A stretch of DNA of 64,000 bases from Armatimonadota bacterium. GTDB lineage: Bacteria > Armatimonadota > SYMT01. The notes below the pieces were generated by a model. That model was not told the DNA's origin. It worked only from the letters and a program-made list of their open reading frames with translations, and searched no databases. A program made the translations under genes and the position numbers. The stretch spans positions 64,001 to 128,000 of the forward strand of contig JBKBRF010000008.1 of assembly GCA_046292385.1 (NCBI GenBank), read 5' to 3'. Shown piece after piece: positions 49,913 through 59,895 of the stretch (within the stretch, counting starts at the first letter, position 1; each line of letters opens with the position of its first letter).

Positions 49913-50692
49913 ATGCTCGGGCCGTTTCCGGGAATGGACCCGTATCTGGAGGCGCCGGACCTCTGGCGTGGGCTGCACCTGCAGTTGATCGCCGCCGTGG
50001 TGACCGACCTGCAGCCGCAGCTCGTGCCGCGCTATGTAGCCCGCGCCGAGGAGCGGGTGCTGCTGGAGCCGTTGGCGCGAGAGATCTGGCCGGACATCAA
50101 GGTGCGGGAGCGCGGCGGAGCGGAGCGCGCTACCGCGGTGGCCGCGCGTCCGTCTCTGGAAGAGGTCGCGGTTCCGGAATACGTGGCGGTGCCGGAGCTG
50201 GGTGCGCCGTCTCGTTGGGTGGAAGTGCTCGATGTCCGAGACCGGGCGGTGGTGACCGTCATCGAGCTGCTCAGCCCCTGGAACAAGAGCGGCCTCGGCG
50301 CGGAGCAGTATCGCCGGAAGCAGGAGCAGCTTCTGTTTTCCGGTGCCAACCTGGTGGAGATCGACCTGCTGCGCCGCGGCCGGCATACGGTGGCCGTACC
50401 GGAGGCGCTGATCGCGAAGTCGGATTACCGCGTCTGCCTGCACCGGGCGGGCTCGACCGGTTTCGAAGTGGTGCGGTTCGGGGTGCGGGACCCGCTGCCG
50501 AACACCGCGATTCCACTGCGCGCCGGAGATGACGACGCGGTTCTTCACCTGGGCGCCGTGTTCGAGTCGTGCTATCGCAGCGGCGCCTATGCCTTCGACG
50601 TCGACTACTCGCGCGAACCCGAACCGGCGCTCTCCGCCGACGACGCGGAGTGGGCACGCGAGCGGATCGAGCGCTGGCGCGAGTCCGGCTAG
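49913..50692 (+). CDS. DUF4058 family protein
   Basis: PFPGMDPYLE, VVTVIELLSPWNK, NLVEIDLLRRG. Confidence 0.92.
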   Translation: MLGPFPGMDPYLEAPDLWRGLHLQLIAAVVTDLQPQLVPRYVARAEERVLLEPLAREIWPDIKVRERGGAERATAVAARPSLEEVAVPEYVAVPELGAPSRWVEVLDVRDRAVVTVIELLSPWNKSGLGAEQYRRKQEQLLFSGANLVEIDLLRRGRHTVAVPEALIAKSDYRVCLHRAGSTGFEVVRFGVRDPLPNTAIPLRAGDDDAVLHLGAVFESCYRSGAYAFDVDYSREPEPALSADDAEWARERIERWRESG

Positions 50693-50701
50693 GACAGGCG
50701 C

Positions 50702-52171
50702 CTACCAGATATCGAGCGGGTAGAGCGGGCGGCGGATCTGGTGGTACTCGAACTTGCGGACGTCGCCCGCGCAGCTTCCCGGGGTCTCCACCTCGAGCAT
50801 CCGGCTGGCGATCGGGGCGTAGGCGGCGCGGTGGGCGACGGCGCCCTTGCAGACGATGATCCTCTGGCGGGCCGGCTCGATCCCGAGGGAGCGGAGCTGC
50901 TCCAGGTTCCACATCGGGAGCTTCCGCTCGGTGAGCACCAGCGTGATCCCGCCGAGGTCGAGGACGGCGGTGCGGCCCATGTCGTCGACCAGCCCGTCGC
51001 GCATCGGGCCTCGATTGGTGAAGATTCCGTCCGAGAGGAGGCGGACGGTGCCCTCTACCGTCACCGGATCGCCGTGGGCGCGGTCGACTTTCCCTCCGAC
51101 CGAGAGCCGCACCCGCTCGCGCACGCCCGCGCGGAGGCACTCCCCTACCGCTTCGGGATCGGCGAGCATCACCACCGCGCCCGCGGCACCCTGGCGGAGC
51201 AGCTCCTGCAGCATCACGGTGCCGTCTCCGGGCGAGCCGCCGCCGACGTTATCCGCAAGATCGGCAAGCACGACGGGCCCCGGGTCGCCGGTGGAGCCGA
51301 TCGCGGCGCGGACCGCCGCCTCCGCGTCCGGAAGGTCGGCGCGGAACGCCTCTCGGCGCTCCCAGGCGGCGTCACCCAGCTCCGCGGCGACGTCGGCGGC
51401 GAGACCGCCGTCCTCTTCCGCGGCAACCACGATCCCCATCCCCATCCGGGGCACGTCCGCGTAGGCGAAGCCGGCGGCGACCGAGACGCGCAGCACCCCC
51501 GGCTCCCGCTCCGCCGCGCGGGCCAGCGCCAGCAGCTCCGCCATCGGGCCGTCGGCGGTGCGCTGCCGGACGATGTGCGGCATCAGCGGCGGCTTGGAGA
51601 GCGCCATCCGGGGGCGGAGGTCCTCCCGGAGCATCCGGACGATCAGGTGCGCCGCCTCGCGGCCGCGCGCGTGCAGGTCGACGTGCGGATAGGTCTCGTA
51701 GCCGATCAGGACGTCGCACGACGAAACCATCAGCGGGGAGAGATTGGCGTGCAGGTCGAAGGTCGCCACCAGCGGCACGCCCGGCGGCAGGCAGGAGCGG
51801 ACCTCGGCGAGGATGGAGCCGTCCGGGTCATCCTCGCTCTCCGTCACCATCGCTCCGTGCAGCGACAGGAGCACGCCGTCCACCGGCTGTGCCGCGTCGA
51901 TCTCGCTCTTCAGGCGGTCCAGGATGGTGCGGAAGCAGTCATCCGTCAGCGGGCCGGACGGCCAGGTCCAGGCGTAGTAGGTCGGCACGACCTCAAAGCC
52001 GAGCTCCTCGGAGGCGGCCAGGAAGCCGCCGACCTCGGTATCGGTTCCGGCCAGCGGCGCGAGCATCTCGCCCCGGGTATAGAGGCGCGTCCGCTCGTAG
52101 TCGGCCAGCGTGGTGAGCGGCCGGCAGAAGGTGTTCGATTCGTGGAAGAACCCGCCGATGGCGATGCGCAC
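50702..52171 (-). CDS. M81 family metallopeptidase (MlrC-like)
   Basis: RIAIGGFFHESNTF, LSLHGAM, FDLHANLS, TYPHVD, DNVGGGSPGD, RRPLYPLD. Confidence 0.93.
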   Translation of the reverse strand: MRIAIGGFFHESNTFCRPLTTLADYERTRLYTRGEMLAPLAGTDTEVGGFLAASEELGFEVVPTYYAWTWPSGPLTDDCFRTILDRLKSEIDAAQPVDGVLLSLHGAMVTESEDDPDGSILAEVRSCLPPGVPLVATFDLHANLSPLMVSSCDVLIGYETYPHVDLHARGREAAHLIVRMLREDLRPRMALSKPPLMPHIVRQRTADGPMAELLALARAAEREPGVLRVSVAAGFAYADVPRMGMGIVVAAEEDGGLAADVAAELGDAAWERREAFRADLPDAEAAVRAAIGSTGDPGPVVLADLADNVGGGSPGDGTVMLQELLRQGAAGAVVMLADPEAVGECLRAGVRERVRLSVGGKVDRAHGDPVTVEGTVRLLSDGIFTNRGPMRDGLVDDMGRTAVLDLGGITLVLTERKLPMWNLEQLRSLGIEPARQRIIVCKGAVAHRAAYAPIASRMLEVETPGSCAGDVRKFEYHQIRRPLYPLDIW

Positions 52172-52173
52172 CG

Positions 52174-53652
52174 CTACTCCTTCGGGTCTTTGTGGCGCAG
52201 CACCGCCACGGAGCGGGGATCCTGCGAGAGGTACGCGGCGAGGGCGCGGAGCGTCGGGTCCGGGAGCATCCCCTCCGTATAGTCCGGCATCGCGATGCCG
52301 TCCGGCTGCAGCGGTCCCCGTACGAAGCCCTCGAAGCGGTCCCAGTAAGTGAGACGCGCCGCCCGAGGGTGTTGGTTCGGGTCGGAGAGAAACGTGGTCA
52401 GGCCGTAGCCGGAAAGGTCGCGCGCGGTGCGGCCGCGGTAGTCGTTGTAGGCGGCGTGGCACCCTCCGCACATCGCGAACGCCTGGCGGCCCTCTGCTAC
52501 CAGCGCGGCATCGAGCGCTTTCCGGCCGCCGTCGGTCACGTGAGCGTAGAGGCTGTTCGAGGGGGTCGCGTTCGGGTGGAGCAGCGCGTAGGCGCGGACC
52601 GTAAACCCGACGACCCCCAGCACCCCGAACGCGAGCCCCGCCATCATGAGCGGGCGGCGCGAGGGACGACGGTCCGGGCCGCGGTCGAGCCACGGCACCA
52701 GCAGCAGCACCGTCGTGGCGATTCCCGGGATCACGACCGCCCCCACCCACTGGATGCTGCCGATCACCGGGATGTTCGCGAAGTCGCGGAGGAACTGGTA
52801 GAGGAAGATCAGGTTCCAGTCCGGGTGAGGGCTGTAGGTGGGATCCGCCGGGTTCGCCTTGAACTCCAGCTCCACCGGCCGCAGCACGGAGAGGAGGAAG
52901 ACGACGGCCACCACCGCCAGGCCGGCGAGCGCCTCCCGCAGTACCTGCCGGCTCACCGTGGGCCCGTCTGCGGTCGGCTTCTCCCCCACCCGGCTGCCGG
53001 GTACGGTATGGCCCGCCCGCGCGGCCAGCCAGACGTGCAATCCCAGCAGCGGCAGCAAAATCATCGGCAGCAGCACGGCGTGGAGCGCGTAGAAGCGGGT
53101 GAGGGTGAGCGCGCCGACCTCCGGCCCGCCCAGCAGGAGCCGCTGGAGGACCGGGCCGAGCCCGGGCACGCCCGCCGCAAAGCCGCCGCGCACGCGGGCC
53201 GACCAGTAGGCCTTCTGGTCCCACGGCAGCAGCTCCCCGGTGAAGACGAATCCCATCGTCACCAGGAGGACGATGACCCCGGTTACCCAGACCAGCTCTC
53301 GCGGCCGCTTGTAGGCGGCGTGGACGAAGGTGCGGATCAGGTGGAGTGCCAGCACGATCAGGAGCGCGCCGGTGGCGTAGTAGTGGATGCCGCGCACCAG
53401 GTTGCCCAGCGGCAGGCGGCGGTCGACGTACACCATCGACTCGTACGCCGCGTCCGGGTGCGGCGAGTAGTACATCGCCAGTAAAACGCCGGTGAGGCCG
53501 ACGATCACCAGGAGCAGCATGGCGACCGCGCCCAGGGTCTGTGGCCAGCCGATACCCCGGGGCAGGCGTCGCCGCAGGGGCGTCAGTGGATCCGTATCGA
53601 GGGCAGCACGCTCGTAGAGCCAGTCGCGCGCGCTGACGAGCCGCTTCCTCAC
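52174..53652 (-). CDS. qcrB: Cytochrome b of a Rieske/cytb complex, fused to subunit IV and a C-terminal monoheme cytochrome c
   Basis: RGIHYY, LHLIRTF, YKRPRELVW, LPWDQKAYW, TLTRFYALH...GLH, C-terminal CGGCH. GTGA overlap with the Rieske gene. Confidence 0.9.
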   Translation of the reverse strand: MRKRLVSARDWLYERAALDTDPLTPLRRRLPRGIGWPQTLGAVAMLLLVIVGLTGVLLAMYYSPHPDAAYESMVYVDRRLPLGNLVRGIHYYATGALLIVLALHLIRTFVHAAYKRPRELVWVTGVIVLLVTMGFVFTGELLPWDQKAYWSARVRGGFAAGVPGLGPVLQRLLLGGPEVGALTLTRFYALHAVLLPMILLPLLGLHVWLAARAGHTVPGSRVGEKPTADGPTVSRQVLREALAGLAVVAVVFLLSVLRPVELEFKANPADPTYSPHPDWNLIFLYQFLRDFANIPVIGSIQWVGAVVIPGIATTVLLLVPWLDRGPDRRPSRRPLMMAGLAFGVLGVVGFTVRAYALLHPNATPSNSLYAHVTDGGRKALDAALVAEGRQAFAMCGGCHAAYNDYRGRTARDLSGYGLTTFLSDPNQHPRAARLTYWDRFEGFVRGPLQPDGIAMPDYTEGMLPDPTLRALAAYLSQDPRSVAVLRHKDPKE

Positions 53653-54158
53653 GCTTCCCGCACCTCCAGCTCGCCCTGCGAGTTCACCCGCGCCTGCAGT
53701 GTTTTCAGCGGCTGCGAAACCGGCCCCGCGACCGGCGCGCCCTGCGCGTCGAAGACGCCTCCGTGGCAAGGGCACTGGAACTGCTTCGCTTCCTCGACCC
53801 ACTTCACCCCGCACCCGAGGTGGGTGCAGGTGGTGTCGACCGCCACGAATCCGTCGTCGCGCTGCATGGCCACCACGCGCCGCTGCCGGGTGGCGGCGTA
53901 CCAGCCCTCCGTCTGGGGATACTGGTACGTCGCGGCGACCGGGTGTTCCCGCACGCTCTCGGCACTGATCCCGGTCGGGACCCAGAGCTCCGAGTCGCCC
54001 TTCTCCTCCAGCACCGGCGCCGCGAAGAGTGCCAGCGACGGTACTCCGATCAGCGCCCCGACCACTCCCGCGGCGGCGCCCATCGCCAGCAGGTCGCGGC
54101 GGGTCGGGTCGCCTTCTGGGACTTCCTCGGGGGCCTGGCGCGATCGATCGTCTTCCAC
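53649..54158 (-). CDS. qcrA: Rieske 2Fe-2S subunit
   Basis: TRRDLL Tat leader, CTHLGC and CPCHGGVF boxes. Confidence 0.95.
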   Translation of the reverse strand: MEDDRSRQAPEEVPEGDPTRRDLLAMGAAAGVVGALIGVPSLALFAAPVLEEKGDSELWVPTGISAESVREHPVAATYQYPQTEGWYAATRQRRVVAMQRDDGFVAVDTTCTHLGCGVKWVEEAKQFQCPCHGGVFDAQGAPVAGPVSQPLKTLQARVNSQGELEVREA

Positions 54159-54489
54159 TCGCAGTTCCTCTGCAGCCGCGCGCTCACTATCCGGCGCGCG
54201 GGTATCTGCGTCTATTCAGTAGGAGGCAGTCCTCGCCCTTCCGCGGGAGGCCATTCCGAGAGCCGGGGACGCAGCCGGCGGCTGCGCGGTGCGGAACAGC
54301 AGCGGTTACCCCGCTCTGTATGGCACAAAACTCCGTTTCAGGACAGGATAGGGCCGAATATGGGTCTAAGGACCCGGGACGGCGTCCCTCCCCTCCGCGT
54401 AATCTTTATATCGGAGTGGAAAGAAGCCGCGTTCAGCACACCGCTGCGCGGCAAACGCCGCGGACACTCGCGGCGAAGAGGCAGCAGCT

Positions 54490-55374
54490 ATGCACGCACT
54501 TACCCTGGCGCGTCAGCGCATTCGCGACCGCATTCAGAATCCGTCGACCCCCGCCCAGGTCCGCCTGGCGCACGGGATGATGGAGAACGGCCGCACGCGG
54601 TACCTGCCCGTGCTCTCCAGTGCCCTCGCGCAAGACATTCTTACCCGCGGATACGATCCTCGCACGCTCGAGCGGATCTACGCCAACCGGGCCGATGGTG
54701 AGCTGGGCCCCGTCGGCAAGGTCGCCGACCGCCTGGTCCTCAACCTCCCGCTCCACGAAGCGCTCCGAGAGCGGCTCGAGGCGGCCACCGGCGAGATCGC
54801 CGCGGCCGTGGCGCTGAGCGTCCGCGCGGGCGCCGCCGATTTCCGCCTGCTCTCCGCCCCGTGCGGCCTCGCCAACGAGGTGCTCGGCGCCGCGCGCCGG
54901 CTGCAGGCCCGCCATCCGGAAGCGCTGTGCGTCTTCCGCTGCTGGGGCGTCGATTCCGACGCGGACGGCTCCCTCCTGCCGGAGGCGCGCCGCCGCGCCG
55001 CTGCCGCCGGGGTCCGCGCGACCTTCATCCACGAAGACCTCCGCCGCCTGCGGGAAGTGCGGGGGGTGGTCGCCGCGGAAGGACGCTTCCACTTCATCTC
55101 CTGCGTCGGCCTGCTCCAGCGCTTCAGCCTGACGGAGGCGCGGGCGCTCGTGAAGTTCTACGCCGAGTCGCTCGAGCCGGGCGGCACCCTGCTGATCGAC
55201 CGCTGGAACCGCACCGCGCCGACCCGCGTGGCGAAGGGCCTCGGCATCGAGCCGCCCGCCCTTTCGGAGCGGGAGCTGCGGAGCCTGCTGGAAGACGCCG
55301 GCCTGGCGCTGGAGCGGGAGCACCCCTCCGGCGAAGGCGGCTGCGTGCTGGTGGTGGCGCGTAAGCCCGCCTGA
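54490..55374 (+). CDS. Class I SAM-dependent methyltransferase-like protein
   Basis: LLSAPCGLA (motif I variant), WGVDSD, FIHEDL, ISCVGL, LEPGGTLL. Confidence 0.7.
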   Translation: MHALTLARQRIRDRIQNPSTPAQVRLAHGMMENGRTRYLPVLSSALAQDILTRGYDPRTLERIYANRADGELGPVGKVADRLVLNLPLHEALRERLEAATGEIAAAVALSVRAGAADFRLLSAPCGLANEVLGAARRLQARHPEALCVFRCWGVDSDADGSLLPEARRRAAAAGVRATFIHEDLRRLREVRGVVAAEGRFHFISCVGLLQRFSLTEARALVKFYAESLEPGGTLLIDRWNRTAPTRVAKGLGIEPPALSERELRSLLEDAGLALEREHPSGEGGCVLVVARKPA

Positions 55375-55468
55375 TCCCGATTCCGCAGCCAGTCTCTCAG
55401 CGGGCCGGTCGCCGGGGTTGGCGACCGGCCCGCACTCGTTTCCCGACTCGATCTCTGTCGGCGGGGCG

Positions 55469-55498
55469 TTGACGGATAGAACATCTGTTTGCTATAAC
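55469..55498 (+). promoter_or_regulatory. Sigma70 promoter with embedded LexA (Gram-positive-type) SOS box
   Basis: TTGACG (55469-55474), AGAACATCTGTTTG (55478-55491, GAAC-N4-GTTY) and TG-n-TATAAC (55493-55498). Confidence 0.75.
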
Positions 55499-55558
55499 CT
55501 CCTCGTAGAACCCAGCCGCTGATTGCCCGCTTTTGGGGCTCAGCACGAGGAGCCGCCG

Positions 55559-56644
55559 ATGTCGCAGTCGAGCCTCTTTCCCGACGCGTTCGCCGAGCGA
55601 TCGTCCTTCCCGTCGCAGCGAGTTTCCGCGCGCGAGGCGAGCTTCGTGCCGCTGGCGGAGCTCGCCCCTCCCGCCGCAGGAGCCGCCGCGAAGGGGATCG
55701 CGCGGCTGGCGGCGGACGCGCCGGAGCTGGACCACCGCAACGAGGTGGAGTACCGCGACCTCCCCTGCCGCAGCATCCTCAACCGCGTCCAGAGCAGCCG
55801 GGTGCCGTTCGAGCTGGGGATCAACCCGTACCGGGGCTGCGAGTTCGGCTGCGTCTACTGCTACGCCCGCTACACGCACGAGTTCATGGAGCTGGAGCAG
55901 TGGCTCGACTTCGAACGGCGCGTCTTCGTGAAGCGCGGCGCTCCGGAGGCGCTGCGGAGCGACCTCGCCCGCATGGATCTCGACGGCAAGTGGATCGCCA
56001 TCGGGACGGCGACCGATCCGTACCAGCCGGCCGAGCGGCGCTACGGCGTTACCCGCTCCCTGCTGGAGCTCTTCGCCCGCCGGCGCGGCATGCGCCTCTC
56101 GATCACCACCAAGAGCGATCTCGTCACGCGCGACCTCGACCTGCTCCAGCGGATCGCAGCCGCTAACGAGATCGAGGTGAACGTCACCGTCACGACGCCT
56201 CACCACGCCCTCTCCCGGCGGATCGAGCCGCGCGCGCCGCGTCCCGACCGGCGCCTCGGAGCGGTGAAAACGCTCTCGTCCGCCGGCATCCGCGCCGGGG
56301 TCTTCGTGATGCCGGTGATGCCCCGGATCAACGACCGCCTGGAGGATCTCGACCTCCTGATGCGGCAGGCCCGCGTAGCCGGCGCCAGCTACCTCGCCGC
56401 GCAGGTGCTCTTCCTGCGGAGCTGCTCCCGCAAGCGGTTCTTCCCGTTCATCGAAGAGGAGTTCCCGGAGCTGCTCCCCCACTACCGCCGCCTCTACGGC
56501 TCCCACCGCACTCCCGCGCTGGCGGAGTACACCCGCGGCATGACGCAGTCGCTCCAAGCGCTCAAGCGGAAGCACGGCCTGGCCGGCGGCGGCCGCTGGT
56601 GGGACAAGCCTTGGCTCTCGCCGGACCAGTTGACGCTGCTCTGA
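55559..56644 (+). CDS. Radical SAM protein, spore photoproduct lyase-like (Rv2578c/PA0069 type)
   Basis: INPYRGCEFGCVYCYAR, GTATDPYQPAE, ITTKS, RDLDLL, IEPRAP. Confidence 0.92.
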   Translation: MSQSSLFPDAFAERSSFPSQRVSAREASFVPLAELAPPAAGAAAKGIARLAADAPELDHRNEVEYRDLPCRSILNRVQSSRVPFELGINPYRGCEFGCVYCYARYTHEFMELEQWLDFERRVFVKRGAPEALRSDLARMDLDGKWIAIGTATDPYQPAERRYGVTRSLLELFARRRGMRLSITTKSDLVTRDLDLLQRIAAANEIEVNVTVTTPHHALSRRIEPRAPRPDRRLGAVKTLSSAGIRAGVFVMPVMPRINDRLEDLDLLMRQARVAGASYLAAQVLFLRSCSRKRFFPFIEEEFPELLPHYRRLYGSHRTPALAEYTRGMTQSLQALKRKHGLAGGGRWWDKPWLSPDQLTLL

Positions 56645-56669
56645 GGTGGGGTGGCGGCTTGGGGGCCGG

Positions 56670-56920
56670 GCCGCCTCGGACTGAAGTAGTCGGGGCTACC
56701 GGTGCGTTCTTCCTTTTCCCGGCTGCCCCCCCTCGACTGAAGTCGGGGCTACACGGAGCAAAGCCCGCCTTCGCGGGCTGAGTGATGCTTGATCGGCAGC
56801 CTGGCAGCTCTCGTGTCCTCCTCCCTGGCGCTACTCCGCAGAAGGCGCCGGAGTTGGGGCGTCCGGAGGACGCTTGGCCGCAGGCCTACCAGCGAGGTAT
56901 TTCCAATGCCTCGCGGTCCC
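56670..56920 (+). repeat. REP-like cluster related to family R3
   Basis: GACTGAAGT..TCGGGGCTAC twice, AGCCCGCCTTCGCGGGCT, then GGGCGTCCGGAGGACGCTTGGCCGCAGGCC...GCGAGGTATT..AATGCCTCGCGG matching 18766-18824. Confidence 0.8.
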
Positions 56921-57057
56921 GCGGGTATCGAGCTGGCGTCCCAGTACTGCGCGAAGCTTCATCGTTCTCTCAAGTCGCCGCGGGCGTCCCGCCCAAGTAC
57001 CTGGCTCGCCAACCGGAGCGGGGCAGTCAACTGCGCCCCACTCTCTCCCCGCATCTC

Positions 57058-57480
57058 TTACGGATTCGGCGGCGAGGTGCAGATCAGGATCTCCAGTGTC
57101 TCGTCACCGGTGTTCTCGATCCCGTGCTCGCACCACGGGGGCAGGTGGATGAAGGTGCCGGCGGTGACCTCCAACTTCTCCCCGGCCAGAGTCATGGTGC
57201 CCTTGCCGCGCATGATCACGTAGCACTCCTCCGTCCAGTGGCTGCCCGGCTCCAGCACCACGTGGGGCGGGACGTAGAACATCACCAGCCCCAGGTTCTT
57301 CGCGGGGGCGTTCGGGTTGACCGGGTGGACCACCCGCACGCCAAGCCCTTCACAGCCGGGGTACTTTACCGGGACGCCGTCCTGCACGCGGACGACGTTC
57401 GGCTGTACCGGCTCGTTCGGGCGCGGGATGGGGGCTTCTTCGGTGGAGGTGTAGCCTTTGAATTCCGTGATCTTTGCCAT
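57058..57480 (-). CDS. Cupin domain protein
   Basis: GSHWTEECYVIMRGKG, HLPPWCEHGIENTG. Confidence 0.9.
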   Translation of the reverse strand: MAKITEFKGYTSTEEAPIPRPNEPVQPNVVRVQDGVPVKYPGCEGLGVRVVHPVNPNAPAKNLGLVMFYVPPHVVLEPGSHWTEECYVIMRGKGTMTLAGEKLEVTAGTFIHLPPWCEHGIENTGDETLEILICTSPPNP

Positions 57481-57509
57481 TTCTGTCCTTGAAGTGTGAC
57501 GAGGAGCGA

Positions 57510-58304
57510 CTACCATTCCCGGTGATAGCCGGCGGTCCAGCCGCCGTCGACCACCAGCACGTGGCCGTTGACGTAGCTCGCCTCCGGCGCCGCCAGGAAG
57601 AGCACCGCGTGCGCGATCTCCTCCGGCGTCCCGGGGCGGCCGAGCGGGATGTGCGAGAGCAGGCTCGCCGCCTTCTCCGTGTAGGCGCCGTCGGCGCCGT
57701 AGAAGAGCGCCTCCGTGCCGCGGGTGAGGGTGGAGCCGGGGGCGACGGCGTTCACCAGGATGCCGTGGGGGCCGTACTCCAGCGCCATGGAGCGGGTCAG
57801 GTTGGCGACCCCGGCCTTGGCGGCGACGAACGCGCTCTGCAGCCGCAGCGGCACCAGGCCGGCAATCGAGCCGATGTTGACGATGCGTCCCTCGCCGGCG
57901 GAGAGCATCTGCGGGATCACCGCGCGGCTGGTGTGGTAGACGCCGGTGAGGTCGACCGAAAGGATCCGCTCCCAGTCGGAGGCGGAGTACTCGTGGAGCG
58001 GGACGCGACCGCCGCCGGTGTTGATCCCGGCGTTGTTCACCAGGATCCGCACTGGGCCGAGCTGCGCGGCGGCCTCGGCGGCGACCGCTTCCATCCGCGC
58101 GGCGTCGGTGACGTCCCCGGCGAGAAAGAGGCACTCCCCTCCCCCGTCGCGCACCTCCCGCGCCGCCTGTTCCCCCGCGTCCCGCTCCCGGTCGACGATG
58201 GCGACGCGGGCGCCGTTGTTGGCGAGCGACTGCACGATGGCGCGGCCGATGCCGTTCGCGCCGCCGGTAACGAGCGCCGCGCGCCCGTGGAGATCGACTT
58301 GCAT
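57510..58304 (-). CDS. SDR family oxidoreductase (catalytic YxxxK reads FxxxK)
   Basis: TGGANGIG, VNNAG, NIGS, SAFVAAKAG, NAVAPG, VDGGW. Confidence 0.92.
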   Translation of the reverse strand: MQVDLHGRAALVTGGANGIGRAIVQSLANNGARVAIVDRERDAGEQAAREVRDGGGECLFLAGDVTDAARMEAVAAEAAAQLGPVRILVNNAGINTGGGRVPLHEYSASDWERILSVDLTGVYHTSRAVIPQMLSAGEGRIVNIGSIAGLVPLRLQSAFVAAKAGVANLTRSMALEYGPHGILVNAVAPGSTLTRGTEALFYGADGAYTEKAASLLSHIPLGRPGTPEEIAHAVLFLAAPEASYVNGHVLVVDGGWTAGYHREW

Positions 58305-58314
58305 AGAGAGCTGC

Positions 58315-59760
58315 TTATCCGAAGAGGGCAGTGACCGGCCGGCCGCCCTCGATGAGCGGGGTGGGCCGGCCTTCCGGGTCGGGGACGTGCATGTGGGGGT
58401 CGAGGCCGAGCGCCTGGTAGAGGGTGGCCGCGAGGTCTTCCGGGCTGACCGGGTTCTCGGTGGGGAATGCCGCTTCCGCGTCGGAGGCGCCGTAGCATGT
58501 GCCGCCGCGAACGCCGGCCCCGGCAACCAGCGCCGGGAAGAGGGTGCTCCAGTGGTCGCGGCCCCAGCGGCCGTTCGCCTTCGGAGTCCGGCCCATCTCG
58601 CCCAGCATCACGACCAGCGTCTCATCGAGCAGGCCGCGGTCGTGGAGGTCTTCCAGCAGCGCGGAGGCGGCCTGGTCGGTGGTCGGCATCAGGTGCTTCG
58701 TGACGTCGTCGCTGTGCACGTGGGAATCCCAGCTATAACCGTCGCAGCAGTCGTAGTGGACCGTTACGAAGCGGACCCCCGCTTCCACCAGGCGGCGCGC
58801 CATCAGGCACGACTGCCCGAAGAGGTGCCGCCCGTAGCGGTCCCGCAGCGCGGCCGGCTCTTCCTTCAGGTTGAGGGCGCGGTAGGTGCGGTCGGAGCAG
58901 GCGAGCCCGAGGGCGCGCTGACGGAAGCGGTCGAAGCTCGCGACGGTGGTGTCGGCGTCCAGCAGCCGACGGCGGTCGTCGAGCTGCTCCAGCAGGCCGC
59001 GGCGGCGCTCCAGGCGGTCGAGCCGCACCTCGCCGCGGGACGACTGCCCCTGGAGCTGGAACGTCAGCTCCTCGTCGGTGCAGTCCCGCCAGTACGGGTT
59101 GTCCTTCAGGTCCCGCTTGGCGACCGCCGTCGTGAGCGGGTTGTAGGCCTTGCCGAGCCAGCCGGCGTGCTCACCCGGCCGGGGGTACTGCCCCGCTTCC
59201 TGCAGGATGCCCAGGGAGTTGGGGAGGACCATGTAGGCCGGCAGAGTGCGGGCGGCACCGCCGGACGCCTGCTGCGCCGCGTACTCCACCGCGGAGCCGA
59301 TGGAGGGCCAGTCCTTCGGTGTGGGGCTGAAGCCGCCGCCGATCGGCACGTGCCAGCGGTGACCGGTCTGGATATAGTGGGCGCCCCCGCTGTGATCGTT
59401 GAAGTCGTGCGTCATCGTGCGGATGACGCAGTAGCGGTGCGAGAGCTGCGCGAGCTTCGGGAGCGATTCGGAGACGAGCAGGCCGGGCGTCCGGGAGGGG
59501 ATCGGCTTGTAGGGTCCGCGGATGCTGCTGGGAGCGTCCGGCTTGAGGTCGAACGTCTCGAGCTGGCTGGGCCCGCCGAAGAGAAAGAGGAAGATCACGC
59601 TCTTCGCGCGGGCTCCCCGCGGCGGTGCTCCCCGAAGCTCTTCCGCGGCCAGCACGCGCGGCAGGCTCAAGCCAAGCAGCCCGGTCCCGGCAGCCTGGAG
59701 GAGCTGCCGGCGCGCGGTGCCGTCGCAGGCGCGTCGCGGGCGGGAGGTGATCGAGAGCAC
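58315..59760 (-). CDS. DUF1501 family protein
   Basis: RRQLLQ leader, GGPSQLETFDLKP, ARRLVEAGVRFVT, WDSH, GEMGRTP, GRDHW. Confidence 0.93.
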   Translation of the reverse strand: MLSITSRPRRACDGTARRQLLQAAGTGLLGLSLPRVLAAEELRGAPPRGARAKSVIFLFLFGGPSQLETFDLKPDAPSSIRGPYKPIPSRTPGLLVSESLPKLAQLSHRYCVIRTMTHDFNDHSGGAHYIQTGHRWHVPIGGGFSPTPKDWPSIGSAVEYAAQQASGGAARTLPAYMVLPNSLGILQEAGQYPRPGEHAGWLGKAYNPLTTAVAKRDLKDNPYWRDCTDEELTFQLQGQSSRGEVRLDRLERRRGLLEQLDDRRRLLDADTTVASFDRFRQRALGLACSDRTYRALNLKEEPAALRDRYGRHLFGQSCLMARRLVEAGVRFVTVHYDCCDGYSWDSHVHSDDVTKHLMPTTDQAASALLEDLHDRGLLDETLVVMLGEMGRTPKANGRWGRDHWSTLFPALVAGAGVRGGTCYGASDAEAAFPTENPVSPEDLAATLYQALGLDPHMHVPDPEGRPTPLIEGGRPVTALFG

Positions 59761-59895
59761 GCGGGATCTCCGGGGTGGCGGTTGCTCTTATCAGAGTTTC
59801 GGGAGGGGCTGCGGTTTCGCGGGAAACGGGCATTCAGCCGTATCCATGGGCGCTCGATCGGTCGGACGCCTCTGGTGGTGGATCTCTTCCCCTGG

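Noticed and set aside
54321..54336. Sigma54 promoter (TGGCAC)
   Set aside because: The -12 TTGC element is absent (reads TCCG).
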